IMG/VR virus record: IMGVR_UViG_3300027792_000292
Location: 67,127-131,126 of that record
Length of the DNA stretch: 64,000 bases
Source: a virus
Strand: one strand, 5' to 3'
A model generated the notes under the pieces. It worked only from the letters and a program-made list of their open reading frames with translations. It was not told the origin of the DNA and made no database searches. Positions 10,345 through 17,171 of the stretch are shown in pieces (the stretch's first letter is position 1; the number at the start of each line of letters is the position of its first letter). The position numbers and the translations under genes are program-made.

Positions 10345-10410
10345 TTGATCATTGAATACCGAAATGGTATATTAGTGTTACTCAAGTGAAACTTGGAAAG
10401 TTCTTTGAAA
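10345..10410 (+). promoter_or_regulatory. Promoter P2 with boxB-like hairpin and boxA-like element
   Basis: TTGATC-17-TATATT (10345-10373); hairpin CAAG-TGAAA-CTTG; GTTCTTTGAAA at 10400. Confidence 0.7.
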
Positions 10411-10535
10411 GATACGAAGCATACTCAAACCCTTGATGCATACATTATAGCTCATTGGTAGAGCGTTTGCCATTTAAGCAAAAGGTACGGTTCAAATCCG
10501 TTCGTCCCGCATTAGTAACTCGTGTGCTTTGTATC
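10411..10535 (+). ncRNA. Scaffolded RNA unit 2 carrying tRNA D/anticodon/T arms without an acceptor stem (anticodon TTT, Lys-like)
   Basis: Outer stem GATACGAAGCATAC/GTGTGCTTTGTATC; GATGCATACATT...CGCATTAGTAACTCG; TAGCTCATTGGTAGAGC, TTTGC-CATTTAA-GCAAA, ACGG-TTCAAAT-CCGT. Confidence 0.8.
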
Positions 10536-10640
10536 TATATATTTCGAGAGTTCTCGCTACTCAACGACCACGGATTAAAAGACGTATACGAAGAGTAAAG
10601 GGTCTCTCGACTGAAAATAAGTTTTTTGATAATAGATCTT

Positions 10641-10788
10641 TGACATGAGTTACACTCCAACTTTTGATGCGTACATTTGCTTTTTCGTCCAATTGGTAGG
10701 ACATTACTCTGATAAAGTGATTGTTGGGGGTTCAAGTCCCTCAAAAGCAGCCCAAAACTCGCATTATCAACTTGTGTAACTCATGTCA
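10641..10788 (+). ncRNA. Scaffolded RNA unit 3 carrying a complete tRNA-Ile(GAT)-like cloverleaf
   Basis: Perfect 15-bp outer stem TGACATGAGTTACAC/GTGTAACTCATGTCA; GATGCGTACATT...CGCATTATCAACTTG. Confidence 0.85.
10678..10750 (+). tRNA. tRNA-Ile(GAT)-like, embedded in unit 3
   Basis: Acceptor TGCTTTT/AAAAGCA, D GTCC/GGAC, anticodon arm TTACT-CTGATAA-AGTGA, T arm GGGGG-TTCAAGT-CCCTC. Confidence 0.7.
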
Positions 10789-10796
10789 TTTTTTTC

Positions 10797-10860
10797 TTGA
10801 TCTTTAATTACCAAAAAGGTATATTAGAATACAGACCTGAAAAGGTCAAGCTCTTTGAAA
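10797..10860 (+). promoter_or_regulatory. Promoter P3 with boxB-like hairpin and boxA-like element
   Basis: TTGATC-17-TATATT (10797-10825); GACC-TGAAAA-GGTC; GCTCTTTGAAA at 10850. Confidence 0.7.
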
Positions 10861-11032
10861 GATAGAAGCACTCTCTAATTTTGGATGCATACATTGGTTC
10901 AAGCGTTTGCTAACTAAAGCAAAAGATTGTTCGTTCAAGTCGAACTTCCCCCACCAAGTAGATTTTAATGTCTACTTGGTGGGGGAAAAGCTTAATAAAA
11001 AAAGCATTTATAACTTGAGTGTTTCTTCTTTC
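10857..11032 (+). ncRNA. Scaffolded RNA unit 4 carrying a circularly permuted tRNA opened in the D-loop
   Basis: Order after GATGCATACATT: 3' half of D arm (GGTTCAAGC), anticodon arm, T arm GTTCG-TTCAAGT-CGAAC, acceptor 3' strand with ACCA inside a 17-bp perfect hairpin, acceptor 5' strand, then AA-GCTT (5' D stem). Confidence 0.75.
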
Positions 11033-11067
11033 ATTCGTTCCTTGTCCCTATGTAATAGGGGTTGTTC

Positions 11068-11218
11068 TATGAAAAGTATCTTCTAACAGTTAGGGCGTAC
11101 ATTATCCTGTAAAGATAAACGCCTGGGCATTAAGCGCTCAGGCATCTGTATTCCTTCCGCCTTAGCGCGGCTGGGATATAGCACACGCATTGATTACTCG
11201 GATACTTCTCTTGTCATA
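11068..11218 (+). ncRNA. Scaffolded RNA unit 5 carrying a Tyr(GTA)-like anticodon stem-loop plus two GC-rich hairpins
   Basis: AAGTATC/GATACTT outer stem; GGGCGTACATT...CGCATTGATTACTCG; TTATC-CTGTAAA-GATAA. Confidence 0.7.
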
Positions 11219-11231
11219 CTCTTTGAAATTA

Positions 11232-11356
11232 TAGTGTATTTATCCTCTAATGCTGAGGGCTTACATTTTCTACGGTTGAAAAACAAGCCTAAGCGCACTC
11301 CCGTTTGGTGGGAGGAAGCGATGGGTCGAGCACTTAGGACTCGGATAAATACATTA
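11232..11356 (+). ncRNA. Scaffolded RNA unit 6 with a 5-bp/7-nt hairpin and a GC hairpin cargo
   Basis: Outer stem TAGTGTATTTATCC/GGATAAATACATTA; GGGCTTACATT...GCACTTAGGACTCG; TTTTC-TACGGTT-GAAAA; CTCCC/GGGAG. Confidence 0.65.
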
Positions 11357-11375
11357 TTATATAATTACTATGAGT

Positions 11376-11526
11376 ATAAGTCTCATCTTCTAACTTTTGA
11401 TGCGTACATTGTCATGCTGGTTCGAATCCAGTCGCTCTTTTCGGAGAGCGTAGCCGAATGGTAAGGCACCCGTTTAAGGAACAGGAACAAAACAAACTTC
11501 GCATTAGTAACTTGGATGGGATTTAT
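11376..11526 (+). ncRNA. Scaffolded RNA unit 7 carrying a circularly permuted tRNA opened at the variable loop (YrlA-like arm order)
   Basis: ATAAGTCTCATC/GATGGGATTTAT outer stem; GATGCGTACATT; T arm GCTGG-TTCGAAT-CCAGT, acceptor CGCTCTT-TTCG-GAGAGCG closed by a tetraloop, D arm TAGCCGAATGGTAAGGC, anticodon-like CCCGT-TTAAGGA-ACAGG; CGCATTAGTAACTTG. Confidence 0.8.
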
Positions 11527-11527
11527 T

Positions 11528-11563
11528 AAGAGCCGGGATTCGAAAGGATTCCGGCTCTTTTTT
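11528..11563 (+). terminator. Rho-independent terminator ending the ncRNA array
   Basis: AAGAGCCGGGATTC-GAAA-GGATTCCGGCTC followed by T6. Confidence 0.85.
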
Positions 11564-11678
11564 ATTAAATAATTATTTTCAATTATTTATGTCAAATAGT
11601 ATATTACTCTGAACATTGAATATTAGCCTATAAGTGATAATTGGTAAATTAGTACCACAATGTAAGAGGAGGTTCAAG

Positions 11679-11936
11679 ATGGCAAGTGTGCATATTCGTT
11701 ACGATGGTAGTACCAGGGAAGTCGATTTCGAAAATATTTTTCCAGAAGATCGACTTACAGCTATAGGGATTGCCAATACCGCGCAGGTTAACTCACGCAA
11801 CGTGAGCGCCGATAACGTCAAGACTGCCGTAGCGCAGTATCTCGATATCGGATTGGGAGAACTTGATGGGTATAACGTCGAGTTCCATAAGAACGGAAAC
11901 ATCACCGTTCGCCCTGATGCTGTATTTGGGAAGTAA
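11679..11936 (+). CDS. Small ubiquitin-like (beta-grasp) protein ending ...RPDAVFG-K
   Basis: GAGGAGG RBS; beta-beta-alpha-beta pattern (VHIRYDG.TREV / VKTAVAQYL / YNVEFH.NGNITVRP), near-terminal Gly; E1 and JAB genes nearby. Confidence 0.65.
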   Translation: MASVHIRYDGSTREVDFENIFPEDRLTAIGIANTAQVNSRNVSADNVKTAVAQYLDIGLGELDGYNVEFHKNGNITVRPDAVFGK

Positions 11937-12006
11937 GTTGTCCAACTCGGGCCTATAAATTAAGGCCCTCAAACCTGATAATATAATACTTAAAAGGAGA
12001 AACTCC

Positions 12007-13605
12007 ATGAATCGTCAGCGTAACACTCAAACTGTTTCCGCGCCACAAATACCACAGGTTGAACAGGACATCCGTGTTCAAATGCTCAATAGCTTCATGT
12101 CCTGTCCACATCGTGATACTGATGCGATCAGGAAGATACATGAGGATCTGCGACAGCGTGACCCTTCATTCTACTCTCATCTTGCTGCCTGGTATGAGAA
12201 GAATGGCGAACTTCGCGACCACAAGGAAGTATTCATTTCTATGTTGATCGTAGACCCCTATCTCGATAACCGTGAGGTTGGTCTTGCCCTGTGGCAGAAA
12301 GCTGTGCCTTTCATGAAGACCCGTATCCTTGGTTTCATTAAGGGTAAGAAGGTCAAGATTCGTGAGAAGACAAATCAGACACGCCAAGTTGGAAAGAAGA
12401 AAATTCCGGTAGTAAACGTGACCGAGAAAGTTGTGGGCCTTTTTAAGAACGTGCCCTCAGCGTTCAAGACTGAGGTGGTACACTATCTAAAGTGGTTAGA
12501 GACCGACCCTGAGCGTTTTGATGGTGTGGCTATGCGCAACTCTGAGGATTTGAGGACGCTCTACGCTTCCTTGAAAATCCCTCACTCAAAGAGAGTGCAA
12601 CAAATCCTTTGGGAGAAGAAGTACCCAAAGGAGAGTAAGTTGAATGTTTTCAAGGAGATTACGGATGCGAAGTCTCCTGAAGAAGCAGCAACGCTCATTG
12701 TTAAGAATAAGGTTCCGTATACTACGGCAGTAGGTCTCATTGAGAAGATGACCCCCTCCATCTTGGTTGCTCTCATCAATAATATGAGTTCCCAGGAAGT
12801 TATTAACAACATTGCTTCTCTTCAGGAGAGTGGTGCATTAGATAACCCTGATACTAAGGCTATGGTTGAAAAGAAGCTTAAGCAGGCTGAGACCGCAAAG
12901 AATGTTACAGCCTTGAAGTCTAAAGCAGCGATTAATACAGGTCGTATCAAGGATGAGGCTGTCGTGGCGCAACTTGATAAGATTGCAGATGTACAAATAA
13001 AGAGCAAAGGTATCATTATGGCTTCTACAGCGATCTTTGTAGATCGCTCTGGATCGATGAGCATTGCTATTGAGTCAGGGAAGCATTGTGCAGCGATGGT
13101 ATCCGGTGCTACAGAAGCTCCTTTGTATGTGGTTGCCTTTGATACGCTTCCAATGGAAATCTATCCAGTGTCCGCACGTCCAAAGGACAGGACCACTACC
13201 ATGACCGACTGGGAAAGGGCATTTAAGCCTGTGCGCGATGGTGGTTCGACTTCTATGGGATGTGCTTTGGAGTATCTGCGTCAAAAGAAGATGTACGTTG
13301 AGCAGATTGTTGTTATTACTGATGAGGGTGAGAATGCAACCCCCATGTTCACTGATGTCTATACTCGGTACTCCGAGGAGATGAAGGTGAAGCCTCATGT
13401 GGTTATCATCCGTACACCAAATTCAGGTCATACTTTCAGCACAAACCTGAAGAGGGCTGGTATTAGTTATGATGTATACACTCCTAATGGGTCAGACTAC
13501 TATGGTTTACCAGGATTGATTCCACTTCTTGCCCGAACATCGAAGCTGGACCTTCTTATGGAGATCATGGATACTCCGCTTCCTACACGTAGGCAGTGGA
13601 AGTAA
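12007..13605 (+). CDS. Ro60/TROVE-like helical protein with C-terminal vWA domain
   Basis: Long helical N-terminal region (DPSFYSHLAAW, ELINNIASL-type helices) followed by MIDAS DRSGSM, GGSTSMG, VVITDEGEN; 532 aa, similar in size to Ro60; adjacent to tRNA-mimic RNAs. Confidence 0.75.
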   Translation: MNRQRNTQTVSAPQIPQVEQDIRVQMLNSFMSCPHRDTDAIRKIHEDLRQRDPSFYSHLAAWYEKNGELRDHKEVFISMLIVDPYLDNREVGLALWQKAVPFMKTRILGFIKGKKVKIREKTNQTRQVGKKKIPVVNVTEKVVGLFKNVPSAFKTEVVHYLKWLETDPERFDGVAMRNSEDLRTLYASLKIPHSKRVQQILWEKKYPKESKLNVFKEITDAKSPEEAATLIVKNKVPYTTAVGLIEKMTPSILVALINNMSSQEVINNIASLQESGALDNPDTKAMVEKKLKQAETAKNVTALKSKAAINTGRIKDEAVVAQLDKIADVQIKSKGIIMASTAIFVDRSGSMSIAIESGKHCAAMVSGATEAPLYVVAFDTLPMEIYPVSARPKDRTTTMTDWERAFKPVRDGGSTSMGCALEYLRQKKMYVEQIVVITDEGENATPMFTDVYTRYSEEMKVKPHVVIIRTPNSGHTFSTNLKRAGISYDVYTPNGSDYYGLPGLIPLLARTSKLDLLMEIMDTPLPTRRQWK

Positions 13606-13611
13606 CGAGAT

Positions 13612-13643
13612 AGGGGTGGGCTTCATCAGAAGCCCCTCTTTTC
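13612..13643 (+). terminator. Putative terminator
   Basis: GGGCTTC/GAAGCCC stem followed by TCTTTT. Confidence 0.5.
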
Positions 13644-13659
13644 TATTTAAGAGGATAAT

Positions 13660-14523
13660 ATGAACGACGTACTAGCACTTATCAAAAAGATGGGGGAGAA
13701 AGAAGATACTATTACTAAGAGTATCTTTATATCTCCTATATATGGGAATGAGTATGTCGTTACTCGTATCAATGGGTTAGTTCATAAGTTGGGGGTACCC
13801 GACTCTACTAAGCCAGGTTGGTACAAGTTGAAGGCTTGTAATTTTAAAAGAGCCAAAGTAGTTGGTAACGCAGACTTCATTGAAGTTGAAGAGTATCTCA
13901 AGATGCTCACGAAGATACGAGTGATATTAGTCTACAAAAAAGACGAATTGTACTTTGGTGTTCCTTTGAAAAACAATTCAGCTGGCTTTGGCGTGTCAGA
14001 TCTTATCCCGATATATTTAACATCTGATGATCTTGTAGGACCATTTGAGAAGGTCGTTTGCGGTTTTGACGGGGCTAACCTCTGGTACTATCAGAATGAT
14101 ATCTCTGCTGATCCTGCCAGGACGGAGTATTTAAGGGAGAGCTTTGATAAGTTTGTTCGACCAGATAAGGTACAGTATACAGGATTAACTCTTGAGGAGA
14201 AGATAGCTTACACTCTCAGATTCAATTTGGATAAGAAAGCCAGAGAGTCTTTGAAGGAAGTACTTATACAGAAAGATGTAGAGTTTGCTGGTGGTGAGTT
14301 TGTGAAGTTCGTAGAAAGAAATGATCACTACAGCGTCACCTATAAGATAGGTGGAAATCAATATACGAGTTATGTAACTAAAGATGAGAGTCATCATGTA
14401 CTTACTGCAGGGGTATGTTTAAATGGTCACGATAGAGACTATGATTTGACTTCTCTAATAACGGTTCTAAGAGAAGGACAGAGAAGGGGTCTTATTCATA
14501 GATATAACAATACTACAGAATAG
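13660..14523 (+). CDS. Hypothetical protein, candidate E2-like conjugating enzyme
   Basis: C-terminal beta meander then AGVCL.G.D..YDL.SLITV, recalling the E2 G-x-ICL catalytic Cys; context next to Ubl/E1/JAB. Confidence 0.4.
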   Translation: MNDVLALIKKMGEKEDTITKSIFISPIYGNEYVVTRINGLVHKLGVPDSTKPGWYKLKACNFKRAKVVGNADFIEVEEYLKMLTKIRVILVYKKDELYFGVPLKNNSAGFGVSDLIPIYLTSDDLVGPFEKVVCGFDGANLWYYQNDISADPARTEYLRESFDKFVRPDKVQYTGLTLEEKIAYTLRFNLDKKARESLKEVLIQKDVEFAGGEFVKFVERNDHYSVTYKIGGNQYTSYVTKDESHHVLTAGVCLNGHDRDYDLTSLITVLREGQRRGLIHRYNNTTE

Positions 14524-14531
14524 GAGTAGCT

Positions 14532-14711
14532 ATGGATATTCTTACAGAAGAAGAGCGTGCCAAGTTAGAAGAGCAGGGTTGGATTATAACAAGTGAAAGC
14601 CCTCTTGAAATACGGCATGAAGAGAGTGATTCTTTCGCATCTAATGTGGCAGCAGAGATGCTTATACAGGTATTATTGGAAGAGGATGAAGAAGAGGACT
14701 CTGAGGAATGA
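14532..14711 (+). CDS. Small acidic hypothetical protein (59 aa)
   Basis: AGGAG RBS; MDILTEEERAKLEEQGW...; stop overlaps the next start. Confidence 0.55.
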   Translation: MDILTEEERAKLEEQGWIITSESPLEIRHEESDSFASNVAAEMLIQVLLEEDEEEDSEE

Positions 14712-15319
14712 CGGTATATGTTATAGGACCTAAAGATAGAAAACGGATGATAGAGTTTAAAGCTAAGAACATTCCTATAGTGAATACAACATCCTCCGCA
14801 AAGGGATGTTGGTCTATGTTATTGAGTCCTTTTTATCTTGGGCCTGTATATTTGTATGGAGGGTATTCTGCCTGTAAGATGGAAAGCGCATGGCAGTATA
14901 GTAAGGTATACTCCAGTTATATGGATGCTGAAGGAAATCCTACCCCAGCATATTTTGAATGGGCGATGGAAGGGTGGAAGAGTAAAATAGCAGTCAGGTA
15001 CCCTATGGGTAAAGAGGCTAAGCCAGAGTACATATGGTGGGATGGTGAGAAGTTAGATTATGTAGCTGCGAGAAAGAAAGTCTATGCTCCTTTATACATA
15101 AAGTGCGTAGTGCCTAAAATATCTTTCACTAAGCTAAAGGAAATGAGGGACAGTAATACCGACATAGTACTTTGGGATTTTGATGGCTATGATTATATTT
15201 CATTAGGTATGACTTTGAGAGATGTACTAAACGATCCGAATCGTAAGATGGGGCATGCTTTTATTTTGGCAATACTTTTAACAATGAAAAAAGAAGAAAT
15301 TTTAGATATACTGAGTTAA
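14708..15319 (+). CDS. Conserved viral protein (DUF6939/NADAR-like)
   Basis: LSPF, ESAWQYSKVY, YVAARKKVYAPLY, DFDG, GHAFILA motifs. Confidence 0.45.
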   Translation: MTVYVIGPKDRKRMIEFKAKNIPIVNTTSSAKGCWSMLLSPFYLGPVYLYGGYSACKMESAWQYSKVYSSYMDAEGNPTPAYFEWAMEGWKSKIAVRYPMGKEAKPEYIWWDGEKLDYVAARKKVYAPLYIKCVVPKISFTKLKEMRDSNTDIVLWDFDGYDYISLGMTLRDVLNDPNRKMGHAFILAILLTMKKEEILDILS

Positions 15320-15320
15320 T

Positions 15321-15494
15321 ATGGGAAAAATAATAAAGAATATATGGAGACTGTGGGCTAAGGCGTTAGGTCAGAAAGCATCGGATGATGATAAAGAAGC
15401 AGATATAGTAGCCATTATAAGAACAGTCATAGCTTTAGTTTACATCATAACAAACATAGTCATAGTAGCCGGAGTTATTAAGCACTGGTATTAA
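15321..15494 (+). CDS. Small membrane protein common in large phages
   Basis: WRLWAKALGQKASDDDKEADIVAIIRT...VAGVIKHWY; not in the ORF track (57 aa). Confidence 0.6.
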   Translation: MGKIIKNIWRLWAKALGQKASDDDKEADIVAIIRTVIALVYIITNIVIVAGVIKHWY

Positions 15495-15662
15495 TAGGGG
15501 GTGACCGTGAATTTAAGTAAATCAGACTTTGAAGTATTGGACTGCCCAGATGGTATAGTATACCAAGACGGAACTAAATATGAGTTTACGTCAGAAGAAA
15601 AGTTAAAAGAAACAGAAAAGATAAAAGAAGCTACTAAGCACACAAGAATGAAAGACTGAAAC

Positions 15663-16019
15663 ATGAATGAAAAGTGTTGGTTTATCTTCGGTAAGAAGGT
15701 AAAGAATACATACATCGGATGGTTGAAGTATAGCTCTGAGGGAAATCCAGTAAGTGTAAGTTTTAATTGGTCAGATGCAGCAAAGAAGAATCTTCTTGGA
15801 TTTCATCACACACATCCTGATGGCTGTTTATGGTTTTCTTCAAGAGATGATAAGACAATGAAAGCTTGGGCCAGGGCAGAGGGAAAACCCCTTATCTGCT
15901 CAGTAAGAAGTAGTGGGAAAGATGCAGCAGCGATATGGAAGAGAATGGAAGATAAAAGTGTAGGGCATCTACCGCTACATGTAATGATAAAAGGTAACCT
16001 ATTTATGGCATGGGAATAA
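15663..16019 (+). CDS. JAB/MPN+ metallopeptidase (Ubl protease-like)
   Basis: GFHHTHP-x6-SSRD JAMM motif. Confidence 0.8.
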   Translation: MNEKCWFIFGKKVKNTYIGWLKYSSEGNPVSVSFNWSDAAKKNLLGFHHTHPDGCLWFSSRDDKTMKAWARAEGKPLICSVRSSGKDAAAIWKRMEDKSVGHLPLHVMIKGNLFMAWE

Positions 16020-16252
16020 GTTATTACTATGCCATACTTGGTGTAAATAGTGTAATACCCTTATTGAAAGGTATAGAAGTGAAAATTGAGTCAACTGGTT
16101 ACTTAATAAAAACAGTTAAATACAAAGGTAAAATCTATCCACCATTGTCTATATTTCGTTGGATCGATTATTTACCTGGTAATCAAGTTAAGATACAAAT
16201 TGATGCGGACATCATAATTGTACATAGCACATCCATTCATATAGGAGGATAA
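16010..16252 (+). CDS. Hypothetical protein
   Basis: ORF fills the gap between flanking genes. Confidence 0.35.
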   Translation: MGISYYYAILGVNSVIPLLKGIEVKIESTGYLIKTVKYKGKIYPPLSIFRWIDYLPGNQVKIQIDADIIIVHSTSIHIGG

Positions 16253-16254
16253 TT

Positions 16255-17163
16255 ATGGAAAGATCAACTATTCGGAGACAGCTACATAAAACTGTACGAG
16301 AATGGATTAACAGTATCACAGATGTCAAAGTAAAAGAAGCTTGCGAGGCAGATGTGTTAGTTGCAGGTGGATGTATCTCTTCAATATTGTTAAAGGAAAA
16401 AGTTAACGACTATGATGTATATTTTCGAACAAAAGAAACCGCGAGCCTCGTAGTAGCTTATTATGTTAACTTATTTAAAAGCACCTTTCCTACTGCTACA
16501 CATATAACAGGAAAACCAATCGAAATTTTTACGGATGGTCCAAATATCATAATAAAATCTGCAGGGGTTGCCTCAGCTACAAGTTCAGATACGCCTTATC
16601 AGTACTTTGAAACTGCACCAGAAGATAACGCAGCGGAGTACTTGGATGTAGCGGTAAATGCTAAAATTCCAAAAGATTTACCTCCATATACTCCTATTTT
16701 CTTGTCTGGTAATGCTGTTACCTTGACCAATAGTATTCAATTGGTTACTCGATTTTATGGTGACATTGATTATGTCAAAACCACCTTTGATTTTGAGCAT
16801 ACAAAATGCATTTATGACTTTGCTGCCAATCGACTGCATTTACCTGAAAATTCGTTATATGCTATTTTAACTCGATCATTAATCTATACAGGATCAGCAT
16901 ATCCCATTTGTTCAATGATCAGAACAAATAAGTTTATCCAACGAGGCTGGTCGATTAATGCAGGTAACTATTTAAAGATTGCTTTCGATATTAACAGTTT
17001 AAATCTTAACTCTTTAAATACACTTAGAGATCAACTCATAGGTGTAGATGTAGCATATTTTCAAGAATTGTTGGAAGTTTTAAAGAAGGATATTACACAA
17101 ACACCTGGTAAAGTTATATCAGCTACGTATATTGCGGAGCTGTTGGATCGTCTATTCGCATAG
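16255..17163 (+). CDS. Pol-beta superfamily nucleotidyltransferase (CCA/poly(A) polymerase head-like)
   Basis: AGGCIS...NDYDVYF and FDFEHTK motifs; R..KF.QRGW. Confidence 0.7.
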   Translation: MERSTIRRQLHKTVREWINSITDVKVKEACEADVLVAGGCISSILLKEKVNDYDVYFRTKETASLVVAYYVNLFKSTFPTATHITGKPIEIFTDGPNIIIKSAGVASATSSDTPYQYFETAPEDNAAEYLDVAVNAKIPKDLPPYTPIFLSGNAVTLTNSIQLVTRFYGDIDYVKTTFDFEHTKCIYDFAANRLHLPENSLYAILTRSLIYTGSAYPICSMIRTNKFIQRGWSINAGNYLKIAFDINSLNLNSLNTLRDQLIGVDVAYFQELLEVLKKDITQTPGKVISATYIAELLDRLFA

Positions 17164-17171
17164 GAGTACAT

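Noticed and set aside
10535-10744. Minus-strand 69-aa ORF
   Set aside because: Antisense to structured RNA unit 3; no RBS or recognisable motif.
11234-11464. Plus-strand 76-aa ORF
   Set aside because: Overlaps RNA units 6-7, has no RBS, and the sequence is better explained by RNA structure.
10224-11485. Ordinary phage tRNA gene cluster
   Set aside because: Only units 1 and 3 have a full cloverleaf and none has a free encoded CCA end. The others are truncated or permuted, and all sit inside a shared scaffold.
10182-11526. CRISPR array interpretation of the recurring GATGCGTACATT motif
   Set aside because: The repeats are short, degenerate and bipartite, spacing is irregular (~140-230 nt), the intervening parts are structured tRNA-like sequences, and no cas genes are present.
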